Below, one piece after another: positions 17,024-25,487 of a stretch of DNA of 64,000 nt; position 1 is the first letter of the stretch, and every line of letters begins with the position of its first letter. The notes beneath the pieces were generated by a model. It did no database searches. It was given only the letters and a program-made list of their open reading frames with translations, and was not told the DNA's origin. The DNA comes from Candidatus Beckwithbacteria bacterium (GTDB lineage: Bacteria > Patescibacteriota > Microgenomatia > UBA1400 > CG1-02-47-37): positions 7,589 to 71,588 of the forward strand of contig JAPLVF010000011.1 of assembly GCA_026397255.1 (NCBI GenBank), in the 5' to 3' direction. A program made the translations under genes and the position numbers.

Positions 17024-17493
17024 AAAATCTCTTAGCCAAAATCTATAAAATTTTACATCTTTCTAAGGGATTGCAATTATTTGTCATGCGTTTTTTTCAA
17101 GATAAATTTCTAGTTGGGGTGACAGGAATTATTTTTAATGACAAAAATGAAGTACTGCTTTTCAAGCATACTTATCGATCGCATGCCTGGAGTTTACCGG
17201 GTGGCTACTTAAAGAGCGGGGAGCATCCGTGCGAAGCCCTGGAAAGAGAAATTAAAGAGGAGTCGGGACTGGTCGTCAGCGTGGATGAATCGCTGAAAAC
17301 CCGGACCGATCGGGAGAGCGCCCGTCTGGATATGTGCTACATCGGTGTTTTAATTGGCGGCGATTTTAAACCAACTCACGAAGTATCTGAATATGGTTGG
17401 TTTACCCAAGACAAACTGCCTTTGCTTCGAAAAAATCAGGTGTTTTTGATTGATGAAGCGCTGAAACAGCGGAAACTATCGAATTCTACTTAG
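17020..17493 (+). CDS. NUDIX hydrolase
   Basis: Nudix box 'GGYLKSGEHPCEALEREIKEESGL' (GX5EX7REUXEEXGU); GTG start overlapping the upstream stop. Confidence 0.8.
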   Translation: MKNLLAKIYKILHLSKGLQLFVMRFFQDKFLVGVTGIIFNDKNEVLLFKHTYRSHAWSLPGGYLKSGEHPCEALEREIKEESGLVVSVDESLKTRTDRESARLDMCYIGVLIGGDFKPTHEVSEYGWFTQDKLPLLRKNQVFLIDEALKQRKLSNST

Positions 17494-18412
17494 AAGCGCG
17501 AAAGATAAGCGTCATCGAGAGGATTACTTTTTGACCTGCCAATTCATACGGAGCCAATCTTCCCTCCGCGTTCGGCATTTCCGTCTCTGGGATTTTTTCA
17601 ATATAACCGCCCAAGTTTTGTACCCCAACAGATCCTTGATCACCCGAACCAATAGAATCAATAATTAATGCCCCCCTTTCATTACCTGCGCTAATGATGA
17701 AAAAGTGTGGCTGGTCGTGCGCCCAGGCCCGTAGGAGCAAAACTCCACTCTTACTAAGGGTAGTTACAAAATAGTTGGGCCAGTCAGACTCGTGGGCAGC
17801 CGAGCTGCAATGATCATCACAATAAGGTATCAAAGGACGTGTTGATATTGACAAACCGTTTTCTTGGCCAAGATAATCAATTGCCGACCAAAGTTGATAA
17901 TCGCTCATGGGGCCATCTGCTTGTATAGGCGGCATTTTTTCTTTAAGTTTATTGTAGACATTAGCTATGGTAATGTCAGGAACCTTACCAGTCTCGAAAT
18001 AGGTAAACATTTTTAATATAGTGGCAATAACTGCCTCACCACATCTGACACTACGGTTTTCAGTACCGACAATTCCTTCATACTGGGTATCGTCAAATTG
18101 GGACGTAAGAATGACTCTTCCGCTTGAATCTAGCGGTTTTGTAAAAAAGTCGGGATTGGCTAATAAAGATTTGCGTTTTTCCTCAGTTAGAGGTTCCCAG
18201 CTTTTTGTTGGTTCTTGGGTGGTTGCAGCTTCAGTCGCAATTGAGATTGATGTTGGTGTATCAAAAGGAGCGAAGGTTGGGGTTTCGATTGTCAAAGTCG
18301 GAAAAGTGTTTGTTGGAGTTGCCTCAGGTGTGGTGGGCGAGGCCTTACATCCAGTCTGGCTGGCAATAAGGGCAAGCACGCTAAGAGTATTTATCAAAGA
18401 AAGTTCTTTCAT
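17486..18412 (-). CDS. secreted lipoprotein with a TP-rich linker and a C39/papain-like cysteine peptidase-like domain
   Basis: Signal peptide plus lipobox 'ASQTGC'; 'TPTTPEATPTNTFPTLTIETPT' linker; 'VRCGEAVIATILKMF' resembles the C39 'CGxAxxxxL' catalytic Cys block; downstream His in 'WAHDQPHFFIISAG'. Confidence 0.35.
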   Translation of the reverse strand: MKELSLINTLSVLALIASQTGCKASPTTPEATPTNTFPTLTIETPTFAPFDTPTSISIATEAATTQEPTKSWEPLTEEKRKSLLANPDFFTKPLDSSGRVILTSQFDDTQYEGIVGTENRSVRCGEAVIATILKMFTYFETGKVPDITIANVYNKLKEKMPPIQADGPMSDYQLWSAIDYLGQENGLSISTRPLIPYCDDHCSSAAHESDWPNYFVTTLSKSGVLLLRAWAHDQPHFFIISAGNERGALIIDSIGSGDQGSVGVQNLGGYIEKIPETEMPNAEGRLAPYELAGQKVILSMTLIFRASK

Positions 18413-18686
18413 GCAGCTGATTATACTCTACATTATAGGATTAATTTATACTATCGTTGGTGCTTTACAAGTAGTATAACTAGTTGTAGTGTATGAAGTA
18501 TGACAACTAAGCAGAGAATAACTCTATTTATTAATCCGGCGATTGTTAAACAGGCTCGGGCTCAGGCGGTCGTTGAGGAATTAACTTTGACTAATCTTGT
18601 AGAAAAAGCCCTGACTAACTACTTACCAACGCAAACAGTAATTAAGAAAGCTGAAATTAATAAAAATTAAAGAAAGTGAGAGAGAT

Positions 18687-19088
18687 ATGTTACAACAACA
18701 AACACAGACAGGAGAAGAAGCCCAGGTTAAGACAGGGTCTCCCCAAAAAGCCTACCAAACAAAAAAGGCAATTTTTCGTACCTATCAAGTCATTTGGTAC
18801 ATTCTAGGGGTAATTGAGGTGGTTCTGGCATTTAGAGTTCTGTTTAAACTTCTTGGGGCAAGCACCCAGAGCGGATTTACCAGTTTCATCTATGCAATCA
18901 GCAGCCCCTTAGCTTTGCCGTTTGCGGGAATATTAGGGAAAACAGGAGTTTCAGGAATGATCCTGGAATGGTCAACGCTAATTGCTATGGCAGTTTATGC
19001 CGTGATTGCTTATGGAATTGTGGCGCTTTTTCAACTAGTTAAGCCCACGAATCAAGAGGAAGTAGAAGAAACAGTTGATAATCAATAA
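18687..19088 (+). CDS. YGGT-family membrane protein
   Basis: 'FRVLFKLL...SFIYAISSPLALPFAGILGKTGVSGMILEWSTLIAMAVYAVI' fits the YGGT pattern F/Y..iT.P...P.R.......D.S. Confidence 0.45.
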   Translation: MLQQQTQTGEEAQVKTGSPQKAYQTKKAIFRTYQVIWYILGVIEVVLAFRVLFKLLGASTQSGFTSFIYAISSPLALPFAGILGKTGVSGMILEWSTLIAMAVYAVIAYGIVALFQLVKPTNQEEVEETVDNQ

Positions 19089-19110
19089 AAATACAGGAGG
19101 TGAGAAGAAT

Positions 19111-19314
19111 ATGACAACCATTATAAATACGCCTCCGGCTACTAAAGAGTCGGGAGGAAATATGGGAATGATCATTGGGTTGATTGTTCTGATTGTTGTG
19201 GTCTATCTGTTTTTTATGTTCGGACTGCCGGCGATTAGACGCGTGCAAGTCGGAGCGCCGCAGATTAATATACCGAGCAAAATAGACGTAAATATTAATC
19301 AGCCGAATCAATAA
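19111..19314 (+). CDS. small membrane protein (67 aa), hypothetical
   Basis: AGGAGGTG RBS; single TM 'GMIIGLIVLIVVVYLFFMFGL'. Confidence 0.35.
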   Translation: MTTIINTPPATKESGGNMGMIIGLIVLIVVVYLFFMFGLPAIRRVQVGAPQINIPSKIDVNINQPNQ

Positions 19315-19341
19315 ATTCTATAAAGAGAGGAAGTGAGAGAT

Positions 19342-19479
19342 ATGGGGTTATTAGATTTCATCATTATATTGTTAGTGATTTCCTGGTTGGGAGGATTTTC
19401 TCTCAAGATTGGCGGCGGGCTAATTCATTTACTGTTGGTGATTGCCGTAATTATTCTGATTGTCCGTCTTTTAGGGTAA
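19342..19479 (+). CDS. lmo0937-family small membrane protein (45 aa)
   Basis: 'MGLLDFIIILLVISWLGGFSLKIGGGLIHLLLVIAVIILIVRLLG' carries the WLLGF...GGGLIHLLLVIA signature of the lmo0937 family; absent from the ORF track (below size cutoff). Confidence 0.6.
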   Translation: MGLLDFIIILLVISWLGGFSLKIGGGLIHLLLVIAVIILIVRLLG

Positions 19480-19496
19480 AAAGGAGGTGAAAAAAT

Positions 19497-19640
19497 ATGA
19501 GTCTATCTTTTACAAATTTAAGCCCTTTGGCTTCATTGGTATTCGGGATATTAATTCTGATGTTTCCGAAATTTCTTAATTATTTAATAGCGGTTTACCT
19601 GATTATTATTGGAATTATCGGATTAGGATTAATAAAATGA
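19497..19640 (+). CDS. DUF3096-family small membrane protein (47 aa)
   Basis: AGGAGGTG RBS at 19484; 'MSLSFTNLSPLASLVFGILILMFPKFLNYLIAVYLIIIGIIGLGLIK'; absent from the ORF track. Confidence 0.5.
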   Translation: MSLSFTNLSPLASLVFGILILMFPKFLNYLIAVYLIIIGIIGLGLIK

Positions 19641-19969
19641 TAGCGGGAAAGCTTTATACGCAGCAGGAAGTAGATGTTTTGTTGGAGAAAAGAGAAGAGA
19701 AGCAAGAGGGGCAGGTGGTAAATAAACAAAAAAGACTGAATAGCAAGGCGGTGGAAAATTTGGTTAAAAAATCCAATCGGATATTGGTAAGCATCTCTTC
19801 TCATGCATTTCCTTTGGATATTTTTCCCGACACCATTAATATTGAAGAGGGAAGAATTATCGAGGGGTTAAGGATTTTTGAAAATAAACAAATAGACACT
19901 TTTAACTACACCAAGAAAGAACTGATCGCTAAGCTGGAAGAGTTAAGTACGACAAGAATAGTGACGTAA
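19637..19969 (+). CDS. hypothetical protein (110 aa)
   Basis: ORF; ATGA overlap with the upstream gene; no recognised motif. Confidence 0.35.
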   Translation: MIAGKLYTQQEVDVLLEKREEKQEGQVVNKQKRLNSKAVENLVKKSNRILVSISSHAFPLDIFPDTINIEEGRIIEGLRIFENKQIDTFNYTKKELIAKLEELSTTRIVT

Positions 19970-19972
19970 ATC

Positions 19973-20365
19973 TTGACTGTTGGGGTTAGATTAGGAATAC
20001 TGATAGTAATGATGGAAAGCTTTGGATATGCATTGAAAGGGATTGTTCAGGGATTTAAAGGGCGGAATTTTAAAATTCAACTGGGAGTGACAATGGTGGT
20101 GCTGGCGGCTTCGATTGGGCTGAAGATTTCGACAATTGAGTGGTTGGTAGTTTTATTGTTGATAGGAATGGTTTTAACAGCGGAATTATTTAATAGCAGT
20201 ATTGAAGAATTGGCTAATATTGTCCGCGATAGCAATAAATTTGGTCAGGGAGCGACCAAGTTGGTGCGGGACTTGGCGGCAGGAGCAGTATTAGTAATGG
20301 CACTGACAGCGGCAGTGGTGGGTTTAATAATATTTTTGCCTAAGATATTGATGTTGTTTCGATAA
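19973..20365 (+). CDS. dgkA: diacylglycerol kinase / undecaprenol kinase (DgkA family)
   Basis: Three TM helices and DgkA signature 'TAELFNSSIEELANIVRD' (E..NTAIE..D). Confidence 0.7.
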   Translation: MTVGVRLGILIVMMESFGYALKGIVQGFKGRNFKIQLGVTMVVLAASIGLKISTIEWLVVLLLIGMVLTAELFNSSIEELANIVRDSNKFGQGATKLVRDLAAGAVLVMALTAAVVGLIIFLPKILMLFR

Positions 20366-21105
20366 AGCCAAATTAGGCCGGTTAACCACAAAATCATAAA
20401 AATACCAAATCCTTGCCAGACCAATTTTTTATTAAATGATTGATGCTCTTGACGAAAAAATCTTCTTTTGTATTCGATGTAGGCGATGGTTATGGTTAGC
20501 CAAGCCGTGCTGGTAGAGAGGCCGGCCAGAACATCGGTGGACCAATGGACGCCTAAATAGATCCGGGAGAAGGCTAACAGTAAGATAAAAATTGAACCTA
20601 AAATTAGAATACTGATTTTTTCCCATTTTTTTTGAAAATGCCTGACCCAAAAGTAAGTGAGCAGGCCGTAAAAGACAACGGCAAAATAACTGTGGCCGCT
20701 GGGAAAAGCAAACCCATGTTCGACAATTAAGGCGTTTTCCACCGGCGGCCGGGGGCGGGCAGTGAGAAGTTTTGTCAGCTCGACTAAAATCCAAGCGCTA
20801 GTGTTGCTGATTAACATGGTTAATAAGTAACGTCTTTTTTTGGCGGCCAAGAGAAGAAGAGAGGCCAGCAGGGTACCCCAGAGGAGCATTTGCCAGTTAG
20901 CGGTGAGACTGATTAAAAGCATGAGTTTATTTAAGATGGGTGTTCTTAAATGTTGGATAAATAAATTGATGGGTTGGTCAAAAAGAATTAAACCGTCTTT
21001 ATCGATAAAATTATCGGCTAACTTGATGGTAGTTAATAGCGCGGTCGCGAATAAACCGGCTAACAGTAACCATGATTCGCTCCGTTTAATTTTTATCCAA
21101 AACAT
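20245..21105 (-). CDS. PAP2-family lipid phosphatase (BcrC/PgpB-like)
   Basis: PAP2 motifs 'KLLTARPRPP', 'PSGHS', 'SRIYLGVHWSTDVLAG'; multiple TM helices; its 3' end overlaps the dgkA 3' end. Confidence 0.8.
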   Translation of the reverse strand: MFWIKIKRSESWLLLAGLFATALLTTIKLADNFIDKDGLILFDQPINLFIQHLRTPILNKLMLLISLTANWQMLLWGTLLASLLLLAAKKRRYLLTMLISNTSAWILVELTKLLTARPRPPVENALIVEHGFAFPSGHSYFAVVFYGLLTYFWVRHFQKKWEKISILILGSIFILLLAFSRIYLGVHWSTDVLAGLSTSTAWLTITIAYIEYKRRFFRQEHQSFNKKLVWQGFGIFMILWLTGLIWLYRNNINILGKNIIKPTTAAVSAITNTAPAAKSRTNLVAP

Positions 21106-21173
21106 AAGTAATTATAGTATAAAACGAATGACTCTCGACTTGCATAAATAGAGGGCGATGTTTAAGATAAGGA

Positions 21174-21806
21174 ATGAAGCAAAAAGGCTTAATTTTATTG
21201 TTAATTTTGAGCGGGTTAACATTTTCAGGCTGTAGTTCAAAAATATCAACAAAAGTTAGCAATAGTCCGGTGGCCATTGCTGAAAAGGTGGGAAAGTGTC
21301 AGCCGGGAGAGGTGAGTTTGGAGAATTACGGCGACAAAGGAAAAAGATTAAGCAATTGTTTTGTGGAATATCCGGGCGAGCCGACGCGGCAGGACAAGAG
21401 TTACTACGTAGTGGAAGATATTTGCGGCCAGTTTGCCAAAGAGTTTGTGGAAAATGCCTTAGGAAGAACTATTGTAAGAATTGAGCCGGAAAAAATCAGC
21501 GGACTGTACAATTGCTCTTATTATTTGGACGACAAGGAATACGTGATGTTGGTATTGGATTATTTAACGATTGCTAATCAGAAAATCGGCCAGGAAGCAA
21601 TGGGAAGAACAACCAAAGAAGAACCGCGAATTCCGATGCGCAACATGGTGGTGTATCAGGAAAACGGGGTGGTTAATACGATTTACCTGGTGTTAGGAGA
21701 TGAAAAATTTATCAGCATTGAGCGGTCTTCCGGCAGTAATTTAAGCACGGAAGAACTGATTAATTTTGCCAGCAAGATTGCCGAAGGGATAAAAAATTAC
21801 AAGTAA
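21174..21806 (+). CDS. lipoprotein, hypothetical
   Basis: Signal peptide plus lipobox 'LTFSGCSS'; no known domain. Confidence 0.45.
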   Translation: MKQKGLILLLILSGLTFSGCSSKISTKVSNSPVAIAEKVGKCQPGEVSLENYGDKGKRLSNCFVEYPGEPTRQDKSYYVVEDICGQFAKEFVENALGRTIVRIEPEKISGLYNCSYYLDDKEYVMLVLDYLTIANQKIGQEAMGRTTKEEPRIPMRNMVVYQENGVVNTIYLVLGDEKFISIERSSGSNLSTEELINFASKIAEGIKNYK

Positions 21807-21815
21807 AGGAGGGAC

Positions 21816-22382
21816 ATGCAGACAAATTCTTTAACCCAGCAAAATTTATTGAGGGCTTTCACGGGCGAGTCGCAGGCGAGAAATAAGTATACAGTTTTTG
21901 CCAAGATGGCCAGAAAAGAGAATTTGGAATGGGTGGCTCGAGTATTTGAGGAAACAGCGGAAAACGAACGAGTCCACGCCGAAGAATTATTTGAGCAGAT
22001 TAAGGGGGAAGTAAAGGCGCAGGCAGAATTAGAAATAAAGGCTTATAGTCAAACGATTGATAATTTGAAAGTGGCGGCAGCGGGAGAAAAATTTGAATGG
22101 ACAAAGATGTATCCGGATTTTGAAAAACAGGCGATTAGCGATAAAGAGCCGGAGTCGATTAGGCTGTTCGGCAGCTTAAAAAAAGTGGAAGAAAAACACG
22201 AAGAAAGATACATCATTATTGCTCATAAACTAGACAGCAAAACTTTGTATGACAGCGACGCGGAACTGGAGTGGAAGTGTGTTAATTGCGGCTATATCTA
22301 TAAAGGCAAGCGGCCGCCGGAAAAATGCCCGGTCTGCCAGAAACCATTTAGTTGGTACATGCCATTAGGGTTGGTAAGATAA
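21816..22382 (+). CDS. rbr: rubrerythrin
   Basis: Ferritin-like diiron helices (E..H motifs) plus C-terminal rubredoxin-like 'CVNCGYIYKG...CPVCQ'. Confidence 0.8.
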   Translation: MQTNSLTQQNLLRAFTGESQARNKYTVFAKMARKENLEWVARVFEETAENERVHAEELFEQIKGEVKAQAELEIKAYSQTIDNLKVAAAGEKFEWTKMYPDFEKQAISDKEPESIRLFGSLKKVEEKHEERYIIIAHKLDSKTLYDSDAELEWKCVNCGYIYKGKRPPEKCPVCQKPFSWYMPLGLVR

Positions 22383-23099
22383 AGCGGCACCTAAGGCGGT
22401 AGCGTAAGCGGCATCAGGAAAGAAAAGCGGCTGGAGTTGAAAAAGGGCGCAAACTTGGCGTAAATAATTTTGAATTAACTTATTGGTGGCTAAGCGGCCG
22501 ACAAAGACGAGATTGTTTTCCTGAGTGGATTTGGCGGCCAAACAACTGGTCATAGCGATAGTTTCACTAACTAAGCAGATAATCCCGGCGGCTATGTCTT
22601 CTTTTTTGGTGGACTTTAATTTGCCGAAATTAGCGGCGGTGGCCTCAGGGGGCAATAAGCCGATACCATGGTTGAGAATATCACCAACGGTTAAATTAAC
22701 CTGAGTTTTATCTCCGGTTTGAGCGAGTTTAAACACGATTTCCGGCTGATCGGTTTTTAGGATAAGTTTGGCTAAGCCTATCAGGGTGCCGCCGCCAATG
22801 CCGGTGCCGCCGAGGTGGACAGACGGTTGGTTGGTTTTAGCCAAGGAAACACTGGTGCCGGTGCCGCAGCTGACTACAACAGCTTGGGTGAGCGAGGCAA
22901 GAAATAAGGCTCCCTGACAAACGCAGTCAAGTTCGTTTTTGTCCTGAGCGACAACTTTTTGATCAAAAGAAGGGAGAGAATCAAGCCAAGAGGAAGAAAA
23001 TTCCGAACGAGAAACGGATTGGTTAAAGACAATTTTTTTGTTATCAATAATAACGGCATCAACAAAGGAAGCACCACGATCCAAACCGAGAATTTTCAT
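22365..23099 (-). CDS. ASKHA-fold kinase-like protein (possibly a type II pantothenate kinase/fumble-like or BadF-type ATPase)
   Basis: 'MKILGLDRGASFVDAV' (phosphate-1-like), 'SCGTGTSV', 'GGTGIGGGTLIGL'; C-terminal 'ATALGAAL'. Confidence 0.35.
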   Translation of the reverse strand: MKILGLDRGASFVDAVIIDNKKIVFNQSVSRSEFSSSWLDSLPSFDQKVVAQDKNELDCVCQGALFLASLTQAVVVSCGTGTSVSLAKTNQPSVHLGGTGIGGGTLIGLAKLILKTDQPEIVFKLAQTGDKTQVNLTVGDILNHGIGLLPPEATAANFGKLKSTKKEDIAAGIICLVSETIAMTSCLAAKSTQENNLVFVGRLATNKLIQNYLRQVCALFQLQPLFFPDAAYATALGAALSYQP

Positions 23100-23131
23100 A
23101 AGTTAATATTATATAGTATACTTTCTAAAGT

Positions 23132-23389
23132 ATGACTAAACTTAAAGTAGTTAATATCAAGTGCGGCGGCTGTGAGAACAGCATTAAGAGGATACTGGGA
23201 AAGCAGGGTTTGACTGAAATTAAAGTCAGTCCGGAAACTCAAACTGTTGAATTTAATGGCGATGAAGTCGTGGCCCGAAAAATCTTGACCGGTATGGGTT
23301 ATCCGGCCGCGGACAGTCCGGAAGCTAAGAGTTTGTTGAAAAAAGCCCAGTCTTATGTTTCCTGCTTGATCGGCAGGATTAAAAAATAA
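23132..23389 (+). CDS. heavy-metal-associated (HMA) domain protein, CopZ-like
   Basis: 'IKCGGCENSIKRIL' = M/x-C-x-x-C metal-binding motif in a ~70-aa ferredoxin-like fold. Confidence 0.6.
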   Translation: MTKLKVVNIKCGGCENSIKRILGKQGLTEIKVSPETQTVEFNGDEVVARKILTGMGYPAADSPEAKSLLKKAQSYVSCLIGRIKK

Positions 23390-23413
23390 CACAATCGATT
23401 AAAATAGCCGGTT

Positions 23414-24235
23414 ATGAAGCGGTTAGGACTTAGTTTAATTATATTATTGGTTTTCATAGGAGTGGGAGTAATGATTTCACGGCCAAAACCAGTTCAACCC
23501 GTGGGGGTCATTAGTCCCAGCCCAAGCCCCAGCTTGAGTCCTAGTCCCAGCCCTAGCCCGTTGAGTTTTAGTGAAATGAATCAGCTTTATGGTCCGTGCG
23601 CGTGGGCGCCGAGCCTGATGTATCATCATATTGCCAAAGAAGCGGCAAATTTGACGGTGACCACGGAATGGTTCAGAAAACAGATGGAGTATTTAAGAGA
23701 CCATGGTTATACGGTAATCGGAGCGGGAGAGTTAGTGGCTTGGTTTGACCAAGGACAAGGATTAGGGAAGAAAGCGGTTTTGTTGACTTTTGATGATGCC
23801 TATGAGGACTTTTTTAGCGAGGCGTATCCAATTTTAAAAGAATTTGGTTTTAAAGCGACTGTGTTTGTGCCGACCGGTTTAGTCAATAATCCGGGTTATT
23901 TGTCTTGGGACCAGATTCGAGAGATGAGCCAGTCAGGGCTCGTGACTTTTGGTAACCACACTTGGTCGCACAATAATTTAGGGGGGAATAGGGAGACCGT
24001 GAATAACGAGATTGGTTTGGCAGATACACAACTGACAGAACACGGTTTAAATTCACCGAAACTTTTGGCCTATCCTTACGGATCGGCTTGGGGGTTGGCA
24101 GAAACAGTGGCCGGGGAAAAAGGCTATTTGTTGGGTTTTACGACCCAACCCGGTTCGATTTTATGTAAAAAAATGAGATTAGAGTTACCGCGGACAAGAA
24201 TCGGGAATGCTTCACTGGCGGCTTACGGTTTTTAA
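23414..24235 (+). CDS. polysaccharide deacetylase (NodB homology domain), membrane-anchored with a P/S-rich linker
   Basis: 'VLLTFDDAYEDF', 'FKATVFVPTG', 'FGNHTWSH'; N-terminal TM; 'SPSPSPSLSPSPSPSP' linker. Confidence 0.8.
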   Translation: MKRLGLSLIILLVFIGVGVMISRPKPVQPVGVISPSPSPSLSPSPSPSPLSFSEMNQLYGPCAWAPSLMYHHIAKEAANLTVTTEWFRKQMEYLRDHGYTVIGAGELVAWFDQGQGLGKKAVLLTFDDAYEDFFSEAYPILKEFGFKATVFVPTGLVNNPGYLSWDQIREMSQSGLVTFGNHTWSHNNLGGNRETVNNEIGLADTQLTEHGLNSPKLLAYPYGSAWGLAETVAGEKGYLLGFTTQPGSILCKKMRLELPRTRIGNASLAAYGF

Positions 24236-24736
24236 GGTAAAAATAAAAAATTCAGTATTTTTATCCTGCCAGGCGGTCGGAGACAGGCCGGCTTTGAGGC
24301 AGAGTTGGGTGACAAATTCTTTTGGTTCGGGTAATTCTTTCCAGACTTGAGGTAAAAACAGGGCTCGCTTGCCGGACTGTTCAATTACTAGCCCCGGTTT
24401 ATCTTTGGAAAGAAAACTTAACAGGCTGGCAGTAGATTTAGGGTGATAGGGTTTTAGGGGTGTTAGCACCGAAACTTCTAGCGTCAGGCGGGGCAGTTCG
24501 TCTTGAGTAACTGGGTTAAACCGCCAGTCAGCAGTTGCCGCTTCAATGGCATTCCGGATGATATTTTTCTCCAGCGGTTCAAAGGCTTCCGGCGTGCCAA
24601 TACAACCTCTTAGCCTACCGTTGATATAAAGTGTCACAAAGCAGGCGCCGACTGGTTTTTTTGGTTTAATTTCCAACACCTGTTCGGTTTTGAGGTAATG
24701 GCTGATGGCGCGGAAAGCCAATTCTTCGTTATTCAT
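24212..24736 (-). CDS. AMMECR1-domain protein (AmmeMemoRadiSam system protein A)
   Basis: 'GACFVTLYINGRLRGCIGT' AMMECR1 signature; start placed at MNNEEL just downstream of the Memo stop (the ORF track extends to 24841). Confidence 0.8.
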   Translation of the reverse strand: MNNEELAFRAISHYLKTEQVLEIKPKKPVGACFVTLYINGRLRGCIGTPEAFEPLEKNIIRNAIEAATADWRFNPVTQDELPRLTLEVSVLTPLKPYHPKSTASLLSFLSKDKPGLVIEQSGKRALFLPQVWKELPEPKEFVTQLCLKAGLSPTAWQDKNTEFFIFTLKTVSRQ

Positions 24737-25487
24737 AAAAACCAAGACTAGCATAACCGACAACCTGAGATTTGTCACCGGAAGCTGAAGCGGAAGTATC
24801 ATAGCAAAGCAGCTGGGGGAGCCAATGTTTGGTTTTAGCAATACCTAAGAGGATTTGAATGGCCGTAGTGCCGCAAGCGACATTATCATGGTCAGCAAAG
24901 TACCCGGAATTTAATTTTAAAATGGCATCAATTGTGGTTTGGTCGGTTTTATTGGCAACTGTTTCCGGTAAATAATGAGAGAGGTCAGAAGAAACTAAAA
25001 AAATCGAATCAGGGTAAGCTTTAATCAGATAATCGGCCGTTTCTTGATGGCTTAGCTCACCGGTTAAAAAAGCCGTAAAAGAAAATTCCGGCAAGCAAAA
25101 TTGTAGAAAGGGTAGTTGGACTTCCAGACAGTGTTCCAGCTGATGCGGCTGGTTGTTTAAAAAATCCTTGGCAGGAAGATGGGCGATTTTCCCTAGTGGT
25201 GTTTGCCAGAACTTGTCAGTAGAGCCGGCTAAACCGGAAAAATAACCATGATGCGATGGGCCAAGTAAAACAAAATGCTGGTTTTTAGTGGGCTTTAATT
25301 GTTTAAAGCCCCAGGCGGCAGTTGGGCCGGAATAAATATAGCCGGCGTGGGGCAGGATCAGGGCTTTAGGGTTTAGGGCAATAGGGCGAGAGTGAGAAAA
25401 ATAATTTTTCAAAAGTGTTTTTAGCCCGAGAGGATTATCGGGATAGAAACTGCCGGCGACAGCCGCTTGTCTAGTGCCAGACGCCAT
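24729..25487 (-). CDS. Memo-like protein (AmmeMemoRadiSam system protein B)
   Basis: 'GSFYP', 'LILPHAGYIYSG', 'VLLGPSHH', 'HSLEVQLPFL'-type motifs of the MEMO1/extradiol-dioxygenase-like family. Confidence 0.8.
   Translation of the reverse strand: MASGTRQAAVAGSFYPDNPLGLKTLLKNYFSHSRPIALNPKALILPHAGYIYSGPTAAWGFKQLKPTKNQHFVLLGPSHHGYFSGLAGSTDKFWQTPLGKIAHLPAKDFLNNQPHQLEHCLEVQLPFLQFCLPEFSFTAFLTGELSHQETADYLIKAYPDSIFLVSSDLSHYLPETVANKTDQTTIDAILKLNSGYFADHDNVACGTTAIQILLGIAKTKHWLPQLLCYDTSASASGDKSQVVGYASLGFYE

Noticed and set aside
18021-18479. 152-aa plus-strand ORF
   Set aside because: Entirely antisense to the better-supported minus-strand lipoprotein/peptidase gene (17486-18412). No RBS and a Val/Gly/Ser-rich composition typical of antisense reading of that gene. 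Treated as spurious.
20432-21151. ORFs 20432-20794(-) and 20840-21151(+) overlapping the PAP2 gene
   Set aside because: Alternative-frame or antisense ORFs within the PAP2 phosphatase coding region; Arg/Pro-rich products; no support.
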